Source: Psilocybe cubensis (taxonomy: Eukaryota). Taken from it: a DNA stretch of 64,000 nt. The translations under genes were made by a program, and so were the position numbers. This document shows, in pieces, positions 23,442 through 37,164 of the stretch. The DNA lies in assembly GCA_017499595.2 (NCBI GenBank), contig CM039004.1:2480001-2544000 (forward strand), written 5' to 3'. Below the pieces are notes generated by a model. The model worked only from the letters and a program-made list of their open reading frames with translations, was not told the origin of the DNA and ran no database searches. Positions within the stretch are counted from its first letter, which is position 1. Each line of letters opens with the position of its first letter.

Positions 23442-24179
23442 ACAAGTTCGGCCATCCGACCTCTGTGTGGCAAACAGTTGGTGGATTGGTATGTGAGTGG
23501 CTTACTTTGGAGTTGCTTTGGAGTAGCGTCGTGCGGACATATAATTCACGTGGGCGTGGTGTGTGTTATAAGTATGTAGATGAGACAGGCTAGCGAGCCG
23601 GTCTATGTCATGGTCAAGGCCACCTATTTGTCTCTACATTTCATACCCTTTACCTGACTTTCTCCGCCTCTTGTGCATTTTGCCAAACTTTCCTAGACTC
23701 AAGCTCTCTTGAATATGTATTGTGCTTCATGTTTCTACATAACTAGGCTGTATGTAGATGGTTTCCGTCGTCGAATCAACGCGATATTTCCCCCTTTTCA
23801 ATGTGCAGAATTTTGGAAGAATTACCTAAACTTAACAGCGTGACAAATATACGTGACAGATACATGATTGGTCATCACACCGGATCAGACCAACTCACCG
23901 ACTCACTGGTCAGCATTCTTGTCCGCACGTTCACAACGACCCATCCACCATCGTTGCTTTGCGGATCCGAAATAATGCCACAGGTGCGTGCGCTTCGCAC
24001 AGTACATGCCCAAGCTCGCCGTTCCCTGTCTACATTCTCAGCCTCCCTGAAAAACCAAGGATCACCCCTGGGCTGGGGGTTTCAGGTAGGCTTCGAACGT
24101 AGACAGGGATTGGCGGGAGTGGCTTTGGCTGGGTCCCAACATATCCACACCTACCACCCATAGGGAACAGACCAAACGC
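23442..24179. repeat. Right arm of the 738-bp inverted repeat (partner 6772-7509)
   Basis: Reverse complement of 6772-7509 with about 4 transitions. Confidence 0.97.
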
Positions 24180-24299
24180 AGACCAACTGCGACTACGCGC
24201 GGTACACGGTATGGGATCCTTTCACCCGTTGTTGACAATCTCACCATCCCTGCTCCTCTTAGATGTGGTCTGGCAGGATCTATGCAAGCTGCAAGGAGG

Positions 24300-25520
<1,221 letters not shown>

Positions 25521-25701
25521 GCAATTTTGAGTTACAGGAATAAGAGGATGAGGGTACAGAGATGTAGGGCACTGGCTAGTAATAGGTATGCTAGCATTAT
25601 CGTTTATCGTTACAACAACAAAACTGGTTCTGGACCCCTGCGCTCCTGCCAAAAAAAAATAAATATACGCAGTATAGATACACATTATCCCAGACCCTGT
25701 C

Positions 25702-26937
25702 CTATACTTTTGGCTTTGATCGCGAAGAAGTGTTTTTCAACAACCGCCGAAGAAATTCGTTGGTGGCCCAATCATTTTCGTATCCAGCCAATACAGGATA
25801 CTCGGATATGGCCTAGTTGCATACGAATGGTTATAGGCACACCTTATGAACCAGTGAATATAGGGTCTACTTACCTCTTCCCTCAGACTAGCCAACTCCT
25901 CTACATCTTGATCCTTGAACGGCTTACGGATGTCCAAATGTTTCTCTGCAAGAACTTTTATCGCAGCCTATATTCTATTAGTCTAGGATCTACCAAATCT
26001 GTGTAATAAAGCCTACCTTGATGGCAGCAAACTCTGCCGCAGGCCATTGCAAATATGCCTGTAATTTCCCACTTGTCAAGTGTACAGGCTTTGCTATCAG
26101 CCCACCTTCTCTCTGGGGCCCCACAGTTGTCGATGTTAACAGATTCTTCCCAGAAATTAGGGGCGGAGGCGTAATTGCGTGCCTCAAAGGGTCGGCCCGG
26201 GGCGAACTGCCTTGAGAGGTGTTTGGAGAGGTGTTTGGACTAGGAGGATGAAAGGACGCTTTAATGACTCTCGACCCAGATGGAAGGGTCCGTGTCGCAT
26301 GTCCAAGGTCTTCAATAGACTCTTGCTCGGGAAGTGAGTGCAAGAACCTGTTTTTGAAACCAGGTCTCTGGACGTATTTCCATCAGAAAGTGGCAAGGTC
26401 AAAGCGTGTGGGAGATTGAATTTTGGGCATCTTTAATGAATCGAAAGTCAGTCTTTAGGACGTTTTAAACCTCGGAGGCTTATTATGAGAGACGTGCACT
26501 TGTCATTGACAAATACAACAATAATGCCCGGCGGTATCGCGTATCGCGTTGTCAGGCTTTCCTGGACAATTGGATTGGACAACTGGATCACGCCTGCAAC
26601 AATCGCAGTCACCATAGGCACCTATACAACGACATCGCGCTGACTCAAACAAAATCTCTTTCTCTTTTAACTTCTGCGCGATCAGCTCGTTTGCCGACCC
26701 AGAAACACTTATTAAATGCATTCTTGAGACTTGCTCGAGACCAAGCACGAGGTTGTTAGTACGACAAAATTTCAAATCTCATCACATAATATTTGATCGT
26801 GAGCCAACACTCAAAACATAACTAGCAGGAGAGGATAAGGGTGATCGACGAACCCCTCCAGGATTGACGGCAACATTGATCATGAGAGGGGGGCGGGATC
26901 CGAAGGAGGATGTTGCCATGCGAAGAAGCGTAGTCAT
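25702..26937 (-). CDS. Multi-exon hypothetical protein with a conserved basidiomycete C-terminal domain
   Basis: The spliced C-terminus reads LIAKPVHLTSGKLQAYLQWPAAEFAAIK/AAIKVLAEKHLDIRKPFKDQDVEELASLREE/AISEYPVLAGYENDWATNEFLRRLLKNTSSRSKPKV*. I recognise this pattern from agaric hypothetical proteins in transposon-rich regions. The 5' exons are uncertain. Confidence 0.6.
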
Positions 26938-27254
26938 TTCGAGCTCCGCTGCTCGCGCTTGTGGAGAGCATGCACAGACCAAAGCGAGGCCTACGCCTCA
27001 TACCAGCGTCCGGCGCCAAGATCCTTATTGTAAACGCTTACCGGTTTCCGTGAAGAGCACAGGCACAATAGAAAATCAGTGGTGATTATATCCGAATGTA
27101 TTGTTCCATTGTGACCGCCTCAGTACCTGACCGGCGGGGGAGAACAATAGCCAGGTTCGGTAATGTAAACTGGGAATACAAGGGAGGGGGATCTATATAA
27201 TTTACATGTCTTACGTTGTGAGCCTCAATTAACCCCCTCCTGAAGATAAAGAGA

Positions 27255-28767
27255 ATGCCACACTGGGCTCGACCTTCGTTTCCTCTCTGGGAAGATGACC
27301 CAGTCTCGTCAGAATCCTTGCCATCACCCCAGAGACCCGAACGTTCAAATGTGTCCGCCGTGAATACGGATGAAGAGTAAGACATCATCTTCTGTAATTC
27401 TATAACACGTCTTCTAATAATTGTCAGGCGCGGGATGAGTGTTGACAGGGATCACTCCGAGGAAGAAGAAGTTGTGGAAGCGCTCAACGAAAACGACGAA
27501 GTCGACGTCAGAGTGAGACAAGCACCCCCTGCTAAACGGGGGAACAAGAGCAAAAAGGAGAATACGATTCATGCAAGTAGAAAATTTGATTTTGATTCGA
27601 AGTCTGACGCCTGAGCAGTCCATATTGCGCGCATACCTCATATACAAGAAACTTATCAAGCATAACGCGAAAGATCCCCGTAAAAATGATGCTTACGGCG
27701 TCCCGATCCCATCCTACCCACCATCTCCTGAGGAATCTGTCGTCAAGTTGTACATTGAAATGCAAACAAGCACAGGCCCCGATCCGAAAAACCTGTTACT
27801 ACTCTGGTCGAGTCCCATGTCGCACCCATGGAATCAACAGGTACTCAACCTTCTTCTTGACGACCTTTCAAACTACGTCAAGGATAAAGCACTACTCCAG
27901 CTGACTCAGCTCGCTGAAAGGAGCATCGGGGCCGACACAGACGTGTTGGAACTCTTTGACGGGATTGTATCCCCTGCTAGTGTCAAGCATATACTGGAGA
28001 AGAAGCTGGATAACTGTCGACAAAGAATACAGACTAGTATGAGGAAGGTATACAGAATGCAGAGGCCGACAGATACATCTACCCCGCTGACAGATAATGA
28101 AATACGCGCTGAGATGTGCAAAGGGAACCTTGAGCTCGCTCAAACCAACCGGCGAAGAGAGCGAAGGAATTTAGTGAGCAGTTCTCCCTTCTTAATTATT
28201 TTTTTACTCACCAAACGACAGAGATATATTCGTCGATATGAGATTATTGAAGAGCAGTTAATGCTCGCAGTAGACGATGACGCCCGTGATTTTTGGAGGT
28301 CAATTCAAGCGTTATATACCCACTTCACCCATAAGGACACAAGCTCCGACGAATCTGAGGGAGAATGTCGTCCCCCGTTGGTAAAAAGAGTAAGGCGGAT
28401 TAGACGGGGTTGGATATCACCATCTGTATCTGCGGTATGGCCGTTTTCTTGTTCGCAAAAGTGTACTAATTTTTTATCTTACAAGGTGTTTCATTTTGTT
28501 GACAAACATTATACTCCAGAATACATCACCGGGATGAAAAAGCGCGGAGCAGCGCCTCTGCCTCGAGAGGTAGAGTCAGACAAGGTCGATGAACGTTCAA
28601 AGCCGACCCCTGAGCTTCCTATAAATTTTTATTCGTCCGATCTACCACCTCTAGTCCTCAAAGCATTGCGGCCAAGACCAAAATTTCCAATTCCCAAAGT
28701 GAGTCCCATTCTCACGTACCCAAGTTTTTAATCCTAACAGTGTTTATAGTTACCTGCTGATAAATAA
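27255..28767 (+). CDS. Transposon-associated accessory protein (WN...RRxxRR...SSDES...W...LPxNFY family)
   Basis: Motifs HPWNQQVLNLL, NRRRERRN/RYIRRYEII, FWRSIQALY...DTSSDESEGE, RRGWISP, KKRGAAPLPR, PELPINFYS. Several GT-AG introns and one likely GC-AG intron. Confidence 0.65.
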
Positions 28768-29492
28768 GGTAGTAGACAATCTAGATACTGGAATCAAGGT
28801 ATGCATATCCAATGCATATCCAACCATTTAGTTTGTCAATCGGAAGAAATCTCTTGTAATGAAATCATGCGCTCGAGCGCTGGTATATCATCTATGCCTT
28901 CTCATTAACTTGAATAGGCAGAAGTCGCCGTCACGTGTAGACTATTACTACTTCCTTATTTATCTTAACAACACACTACCTACAAGACTCCTCGTACAAA
29001 ATACATCCTCATCATCCGCTTAGTGCCTACACGCACAAACCATTGTTATTTTCAAGCCCATTCACGCACACCAGCTAACTTACCATTGAAATATCGCATC
29101 TCAAACAAACACAATCTACGCTGTTAAAACTGACCTCATCATCGTCCTCTAACGCTTACAAAACAACAAAGCACTATAAGGTAGCGTTGAAACCTTTAGA
29201 AGTGCGTCACAGGGTCATCCAGCGCCCAGCCGTCGATTTCTACGGCCTGGAGACGAAGCGGCCGTCCTTTTGGTCGTGGACCTCTTTATCCCCCCGCCGC
29301 CAACCAATGAGAAAAGATATCTCCAAAGTGACATCAATCAATAACCAACTCGGTGTTAAGATCCTGATTTGTTCTGAAATCCATATAACCCGGGGTACCT
29401 TTCTAGAATCTGGAACGTATACCTTTCGTTGCTCATATACAACATTCGTGTGCGAAAACGACGCTGCCGCTCAACCCCACTCACAACGTACA

Positions 29493-30681
29493 ATGGACTG
29501 CACGATATGCCTTGATGTCATGGAGCAAACGGGGTGCTGTCTTCCCTGTGGTGCGTTTTGCTCACTTGGTCCCATACTGTATTTTCCAGACGGGGTTTGG
29601 TGGTGCTGACGGTCATCTAGGTCATATATTTTGCGAAGGCTGTCTGAGAAATCATTGGGTCCACAATGCTACTGCTTCACGAAGCCTGTTATGTCCTGCC
29701 TGTCGCGATGAAATCATTCAACCGAGTACGTATATCATAACTGACCCACCCTCTTCTCCATGCTAGGTTAAATGCTGATCACAATCCAATGCAGGAGAGT
29801 CTGTGGACTGTATCCGGAAGGTGTTCATTATATCCACAGATTCTGTGGCCAATTCACATACGGCACAGGAGGAAACTCGCTTCTTGCGCGAAACTCTGGA
29901 GAAAATAAAAGAGGAGAAGGAATTAGTTCTCCAAGAGCTGGCTTCCGCTCGTACTGAACAGGCCCTCACAAACCAAAGGTTAAAAGATAACCTTTTCATC
30001 GCGAAGCTAAAAGACGCCCAAATACAGCAGATTCAGCACCAACTGGAACAAGCTCACGATGCATTGAATCGTAGTTCATTGGAGACAGCTACACGCGAAG
30101 CTCACGCAAACAACGAAATCAGGAAGCTGCGACAGGAAAATGCAACACATAAGGCAGTCATTGAAGAGATAAAAGGTAAAAACAAGGGTCTCGAGAGCGT
30201 GATCGAGGATCTGCACAAGAAAATAAAGGACCAGCAGATTCACATTGCTAATATGCAAAAAAACGAGGGAGGGAGGGACACTGGTGGGCTAAGGACCTCC
30301 CATATCAAGAAAGGGTGTCCGATTGAAGGGGGGCACGATCTCCCAGATGTAAAACGTAGGCTTGATTTTTGTCAGCCAGGAACACCCACTTCTCCGACCC
30401 TCATTTCAAGGAGCGCAACAGATGCAAGCTCAGCATTGGAAGATGCGGCCCATCCGGTGAATTCTTCCACAACAAGGACTCCGATGAGTGGAGGGGCCAT
30501 AAAGCATATAGGATATGGGTACCCGAGAGAACATGCGGTCCCAGATTGCATCCCAGAACGCAACGGATGTCACCAATTTTCTGGAGCTGGAAGTAACGCC
30601 CACTACAGACAATTCACATGCATGTATTGCCATTTTTGGTGCAGGGAACCACAACCCAACAACAAAGGTATTGAGCAGTGA
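29493..30681 (+). CDS. C3HC4 RING-finger plus coiled-coil protein (putative E3 ubiquitin ligase)
   Basis: Spliced MDCTICLDVMEQTGCCLPC/GHIFCEGCL...LLCPACRDEII, then a long heptad region and a C-terminal Cys/His motif CHQFSGAGSNAHYRQFTCMYCHF. Confidence 0.82.
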
Positions 30682-31745
30682 GTAACCCTTCCCGGTAACG
30701 ATACTGACACCAAAACTGCATCGGTGAATAGATCCGGGAACTGGTCCAACTTTGTCGAGCACGTATTCGTTGTGAGTGTGGTTTTCCTTTCAAAGAAAAT
30801 GTACACACTTATATGGTAGGCCTCGTGCTGGTGAATCCTCGAATGATCCACAGATGGCCACCACCCTTTCATCGAGCGGGGATGCGCAAGTGACACAGAA
30901 AAGACGAGCACAGAAAAAAAACCTCGTGGGGCACGCGAAGGAGGCGCAAGGGACATACGGGAAATAGGACGTGTGTGAGTAGGTAATGGACGTGTGTGAT
31001 TGGCGGGGTGACGTGCTTCGCGTGTTAGTCCCGGTGATGTCGATGGGGTGTGGGATCGATTAACTTGAACAAATTTTGTCAACTTTCTGTGTTGTATCAG
31101 ACCCGGCCTACGATTTTAAAAAATTGATGCAGGATATGAAATAGAGGTAAATTATTAATGGTGGTTGTGGTGATTGTTATATGGATCAGCAACCATGATT
31201 CTGTTCAACGACGAAGGTAACCAGCTTCTTGTGGCAATATTTACATATCTTCAATCAACAAATGTTAGCAGAAAGAATTAGGGGGCACCTTGACGTGCGT
31301 TGGGCATTCCCAGGCCCCTTCAAGAGATTTGAGTGCCGTTGATCAGGATTCCAAGAGGCAGAGATATGGGGATGGAGGTAGGATGTAGGCGCCTCCGGGT
31401 GATGATATGCATCAGTCAGAAATGATATAACAGGCAGGGTTGGCGCTGTGTTGTGCAAGGGACGTGGGGATGTGCTATGGTACTATTGTTGGCCACCCAA
31501 AGGCTCTATGGCCGGAAACCATCTATCCATAAACTATATATCCGGGACTTACTTCAGTTTATACATATATGGATCAGATGTTTTTATGTCCGGAATACAT
31601 GTGCAATCCGCCAACCATATTGATTAATTGACTAAATTTGTTCTATTCATCTGAACCTGGCATGCAACCAGCTAAAAAGCCATACTCGGTGAAATGTTAT
31701 CCATGATCAAAGTCGTCAGCTACACTCCCTGACCAGTTATGATGG

Positions 31746-33551
31746 CTAACTCTGCGGAATCCAATGGTCATGCTGGAAATACCACGCGGTGTAGTTTTCT
31801 TCTGTACCACATTGGAAAGTCTGAAGATCTTTACTAGATTGGTATTTCAGGCTCTGTGCCAACGATAATTCGGTGTTCGGAGTATGGCTGGAAGGACCCA
31901 TATAAGTTATTTGAAGAGATTTCAGGTCTGGAAACCATTTTAGCCATTTGGATATGTAGGACTGCGCAAATCAAGATGTTACCATTAAATATTTAGAAGG
32001 GTAGACATAATTTGGTACGCACACTGAACGCAACCCAGTCCTTTAGTGGGGAATCAGTTCCCATTATGCGGGTGAATTTGAGGACCAGAGTATGAACATT
32101 GACTGCGAGCTGATCATGGGCCTTGGGAAAGCATGTGCAATTCTGTGAGTGTAGCTTGACGTGATTTCTGATTCTGCCAGGGAATGTTAGACAATACGGG
32201 AATTTGGGGGATGTGTCTTGATACTGGCTGACCGCTCCCACGAGTAACCGCACTTCGTCACAGAAAACGCCGTTATGGGCGCATCGATAATTCGTCGGAT
32301 TAATACTGACGGAGGCCAGAAGCGACTGGTCACTCATCCGCCATCCAGAATAATTGGATGAAATGGTAACCGTACGAAGAGGTGGAAGCTCGAGGATAGA
32401 CCCCTGAGCGATATGATTGACAGGGTTACTGCATCCATTTGTTAAGGTAAGCCGCTGTAGGGATTGATGCCGATGGAAGAATTCGGTTGGGAAAGAGATT
32501 TGGGTGACGTCTGAGAGAACCAAAAGGACCATTGTTGACACTGCTGGCATTTTCACGTCATTGAGAATATCCTGGAGAGTAGCAGTCTTGGAGCAAGACA
32601 GCACTAAAGATGTAATAGACGACCCTTGGAGTAAGTGCGGTGCAAGGGTCCGGATTGTGGGCGAATCAAAAAAGGACAGTGGCAAATCCATAGATACGAT
32701 ACCATCCATGGCAGGGCGAATGGCATCCACATTGATATGATTAGAGTCCAGATGATGTCCGAATGAATTTATGGTGGTTGTGACTGCGTTGAATTGTGGG
32801 TTTTCCCACATATAAAAGAAAGTGCAAGATGCACCGACTGAGGCTAAGAGTCTCATCATGAGTGATGGGACTTCGGAAGAAAGGGTTTGAAGGGTCTGGG
32901 GGGTGTATAAGAAAGAAAGACCTGTGACAATGAGCTGCGAATTTTCTAGGAAGTTGAACATCATATTTTGAAAGTGATACAGAGGGTCCAGATCAATCCA
33001 CAAACAGGCATGGACTTGAGCAAAATGGTTAGAGCGGAGGGATGACATTAGGATCAAGAGAGCCAAGCGAGGAGTGTATTTGTTGATCCTCATCGTGATC
33101 CGGCGTTTGTGGATGTCAGGACTAGCGTTCTTTTGAATGACGGATTGACGCTGCAAATACAGGTCATAACAAAGATATCGGAAAGCATTGGAAGTATGGG
33201 CAAGCGAGAGAATGTCGGCGGTATCAAGAAATTCGTTTATGATGATGTGGTGGATATCATGTGGAAGCTCAAGGAATTTGGATTCCAATGTATGGCGTCT
33301 CTGGACGATAATTAAATATTGTTAATGGATTTCTTGGTGAGAAGGTCGGCGTACCTTGTGCACCATCCTGCTTTCCTCCACGTCCATTCTCTTTCGTTTG
33401 CGAGAAATTGATTTGTCATCTGAGCCCCCCTGCAAGAAAACGAAATAAGCCACTGAACTTCGGAGAGTATTTTGTCAGCTAAGCTCACTGCCAGCAGGGT
33501 CATGACGGTTTTGGTCCTCTTCAAAAACTGTTTCAAGGTCGAAGTTGTCAT
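31746..33551 (-). CDS. F-box-like protein, paralog C
   Basis: 5' exons read MTTSTLKQFLKR / ISRKRERMDVEESRMVHK. The main exon starts RRHTLESKFLELPHDIHHIIINEFLDTADILSLAHTS. The last exon reads SYISKWLKWFPDLKSLQI...QCGTEENYTAW, with TAG at 31746-31748. Confidence 0.75.
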
Positions 33552-34149
33552 GAGAATTCGATAGAGCACATTATCACACAGCCTATGTTCAGCCGTTTAT
33601 AATGCTCTTAAGACAATTAGTGTGCGTATGGCAAGACTAATGAAAACGTCAATTGTGGAGGAAATCGGGCCAGTAGATCAATTGTGTAATTATAATTATG
33701 CTTATTGTCTGTCAATATGTACCATGGTTATATAATTGTGGATCACAGAACCCGACGGACTGATTGCATCAGAGACAATCAACGCTTTCGAATTAGCGAC
33801 ATACCCATCTCCAAATTTCCCCTTTTTCGCCCTCCGCCCAAGCCGTTATGTTGTTCTTCCATGCTGTTGTCTCCCTTTATTACCACCCCTTGACGAGCAG
33901 CATCACAGTTACGGTTTCAGTGTATTGGTTGTCAGCCAACGTTTTTGTCTTTTCAGTAAGTGGAAATGCCGATGGATCACTATAAGCAGGACATGCAGGA
34001 TAGGTATGTCCATGCGTGTCTTTCAATTATTTCCATCTCAATCAATTGTGGGGCGTACCCTAAGCTTGCGGGAAACCTCACACCTTGGACTGTGCCTTTG
34101 CGGACGTGGGTGCGGCGTGCAGGGACTCGAGAAGGGTACTGAGAATGGA

Positions 34150-34400
34150 TACGCTCGACCTGCTCTTTCGATTTCTCCTCGCCATGTATGCTGAGGCGGC
34201 AGTAGATCAGTTCTTCGAGTCGGCTGCCCTCGAATGCACGTTGCCATCATCATCGCCCCCACCCAATTCCAACATAACATAACCTGTCAGAAACGTCGTA
34301 AGCCTTCAGGTGACCCTCTAATGGACCACGCAAGTTCAAGCGCACGGATGACTACAACCGCACGGATGACTACAACCAGCACGGGAACCCTCACTCCCCG
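34150..34400 (+). pseudogene. Degenerate 5' portion of a TET/JBP-associated gene (relic copy 3)
   Basis: AEAAVDQFFES..LPSSSPPP matches AEAAVDQFFES..LPLSSPQP at ~24350-24440. CACGCAAGTT..GCGCACGGATGACTA is shared with ~24493-24520. Confidence 0.55.
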
Positions 34401-34586
34401 CGAACAGGGTAGTAGATTGTTCGATGAAAGGCATACGAGCGAGCGTGAGCCCATACGAGAATGCAGGCAGATACGACTGATGATCCACCCCGCCATGAAC
34501 AACGGCGATACGCCGCTGCTTGCTCTTGTAACGGGAGCGACGGCGAATGGCAGAATTTCTGCATGCGAGGATGCTGAGACACCATC

Positions 34587-34645
34587 AGCGTAAACTTAAA
34601 CTTAGCATATAGCGTAAACTTAGCATACAGCGTAAACTTAGCATA
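34587..34645. repeat. Three tandem AGCGTAAACTTAGCAT(A) units of about 18 bp, candidate subterminal repeats
   Basis: Units at 34587 (with an internal AAACTT duplication), 34611 and 34629. Confidence 0.85.
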
Positions 34646-35407
34646 AAAATGCGCTGGGGTGGATATGAACCAGGCGGCAATGAGGATGCAGTTGTGATGG
34701 GCAATTATGATCACGATTATGCTCACGATCCGCACAATTCTTCACTGTGCCAAATGGTAGTAGAGGAGTAGATTAGCTTCGTCATAAATATTGAGAAGAT
34801 ATATTGTAAACATACTTAAATTGCTGCTGAGCCAACTCACTGGAAGGAATATTAGATAGAAAGGCGTAATTATGAGGATGATCATGAGCAAGTGCGGCGC
34901 GGATAGCTCGCAATCGATAATGATCCGTGAGAGCCACAACAGAGTCACGTGTAAGATTTTGATCTCAAGGATGGATCAAAAGCCAGACGGGCTCAGGACG
35001 GTACGTGCTGTACATGACCAGTACTGCTACAATACCTGACAGGTACCTGTTTATAATTTTATGGTTCACAAACATTTTTATTTTGACAATGCCTTTTCAG
35101 ATTCAACAAAAAGGTTGATCTATTTTTATTGTTTTATTGTTTTCGGTAGAGGCTAAAATGAATTATAAAATATAATATACATGGTTGTCAGCCAGTACTT
35201 ATTGTTCACACACCAAGGTTTAATACAAAATTTCATTTTAATTCACGTAGAAAAATACATATGTGCCATCACTTTTACAGTTTATGCAAAATCTTTGCCC
35301 AATTTGAAATGTTTTAAACCTCTTTTACACGCTTTTGTACAAATGATCCAATCATTATTCTCTGTCAATTTTTTTCAACATTTGTGACAATCTAAAAATG
35401 ATTGCGG

Positions 35408-35416
35408 CGCGTAGTG
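35408..35416 (-). mobile_element. Candidate CACTA terminal motif (CGCGTAGTG; reverse complement CACTACGCG)
   Basis: It sits at the end of a ~360-bp AT-rich stretch, at the switch from the accessory tract to ordinary genes. A 5-mer is expected by chance many times in 64 kb, so its position is the only support. Confidence 0.35.
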
Positions 35417-35573
35417 TGGTGTCGGTTAGTCCCGTAGCTCTTCGACTCTTCTTACCCGATCGGTCTGACAATTCCGTATTATATTACTACACAGCACGCT
35501 GAAGGTCAAGCTATTATCCATTTCGCTTTGCCCTCTTGTAGGCTGACGCTGAGTATACTATTTTGTTGATACA

Positions 35574-37164
35574 GTGGCAGCGATCGCATTGCTCGCGTAC
35601 GAATGGGCCCTCACGATTGATCTGGAAGTTGAATATATCTGGAGGAAGCGGTGGAATGCTGTGAAAGTGATATACCTGATGCAGAAATATAGCACGGTCG
35701 TAGACGGCGCATTTCTGCCTTTATATCGTGAGTTTCTCTGTACTATGGATCCAAGTAGGAATCTACACTGATAATGATAATTTAAATTCGCTTCCAGGAC
35801 AGCTAGGCGAGAATATGTCGAGTGGAATATGCACGCAACTCCTCATCGCTCTGGGAGGTCAGTGCGTCGATACGGCTTTTCATTTGTTTTACGTTAATCT
35901 GGCTGACATTGTTTCTTTTTGCGAAAGTGATGATGGCGTTTGGAGTGCTCACATCAGAAGGTACGCGGCAGTGTCCTTTCCTGTCAAGTTCGTTCCGGAT
36001 CAGGCTTCAACTTATCGACATCATGCAAAAGTGATTCTCACCCTGCGCGTGTGGGCTATATGGAACCGCGAAAGACGCCTTTCCATCTTCCTCCTAACAG
36101 CGGCCTGTATCATATGGATTCCAGCCATTGTTATATGCTCCCTATTTTTCCTCAGGATCAAATGTTCGTCTCTTCTCTCTCCCTCTCCGCTGCAAATGCA
36201 CCGTGACCGTGTCGTTGCGCGCTTGTAATTTGAATGCTATGTGTTGACATCATTTATAAATATAATAGACTCGACGACACCACCGTACCCAGGGTTTCGG
36301 GGGTGCTTCATCATACGTTCCACACGTCTGATCGCTTGGTGGTGGCTCTCCTTATGCGCATGGGATTTCCGTGAGTTTTCTTTCTTTTTCTCCGTTGATT
36401 TTTTTTTTTTGGTTTCGGTTTACCAGCAACTCACACTTATGATGATGTATATCAGTGTGCATGCTTTTAATGCTCAAGCCCTGTGTGCAATTTTGTATGT
36501 TCCTCGTTTCACGGCGTGCAGGTCATGTAGAAGAACTGACGCCGTCCGACATAGTTCGTTCGGGTATTTCCTCTAGATTACAGTTATCCCATGTTGTGTA
36601 CCGTGACGGTCAGTCGTTCTCTTAATATCTGGTGTTCTCTGGGGCTAAATTTAAATCGCCCTGTCTACTGTAACGATTAGGTGTTTTCTTTTATGTCGCT
36701 CTTTTTTGTGAGTTCATGCATTATAGGCGTTGCTCTTTCATTTTACTGAACACTGTACAAGTTTTCTCTGTAATCAATATAGTAACCAACTTAACATTGC
36801 CTGTATGTCGCCACCGAAATGTTTGACAACAACCGCTGACTTCACTTCGATGATGCTCAGATCTCATACAGAGTCATAGGCTCATCGTGAGTATTACCAG
36901 CGTTATTCAGATGCTATCTGACGAACACATACTGAATGTATGATTCCCAGGCTAACACGATGCTTGCATTCAATACTAGCGAGTCGTGCGCTGCTCCAAA
37001 TGCGAGAGCAGCTGCAAATCCAAATGCAAGAAGACGAAACGAATCGCTGCCAAAGCCCAGTCAGGTTTGATGTCAGACCAGAGCTGAGCACATCTGTAGA
37101 TCAGGACGCCACCCTCGACCCGCGGTTTACTCGTAGCACATCAGTTGAAATAACAATGACGTGA
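35574..37164 (+). CDS. DUF6533-domain multi-pass membrane protein (many short exons; 5' end uncertain)
   Basis: VAAIALLAYEWALTIDLEVEYIWRKRWNAVKVIYLMQKY; ILTLRVWAIWNRER; PYPGFRGCFI; RCLHSILASRALLQMREQ. Confidence 0.8.

Noticed and set aside
6772-24179. Treating the 738-bp inverted repeat as the TIRs of a 17.4-kb transposon
   Set aside because: The ends (GCGTTTGG) are not CACTA-like and I see no target-site duplication. Diverged homology continues outside the arms, and one arm overlaps the 3' end of an F-box gene.
27086-27388. 100-aa minus-strand ORF as the start of the 25.7-kb gene
   Set aside because: It overlaps the more plausible first exon of the plus-strand gene starting about 27255, so it is probably an antisense shadow.
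34587-34645. CRISPR-like array
   Set aside because: Eukaryotic DNA, and the units are directly tandem with no spacers.
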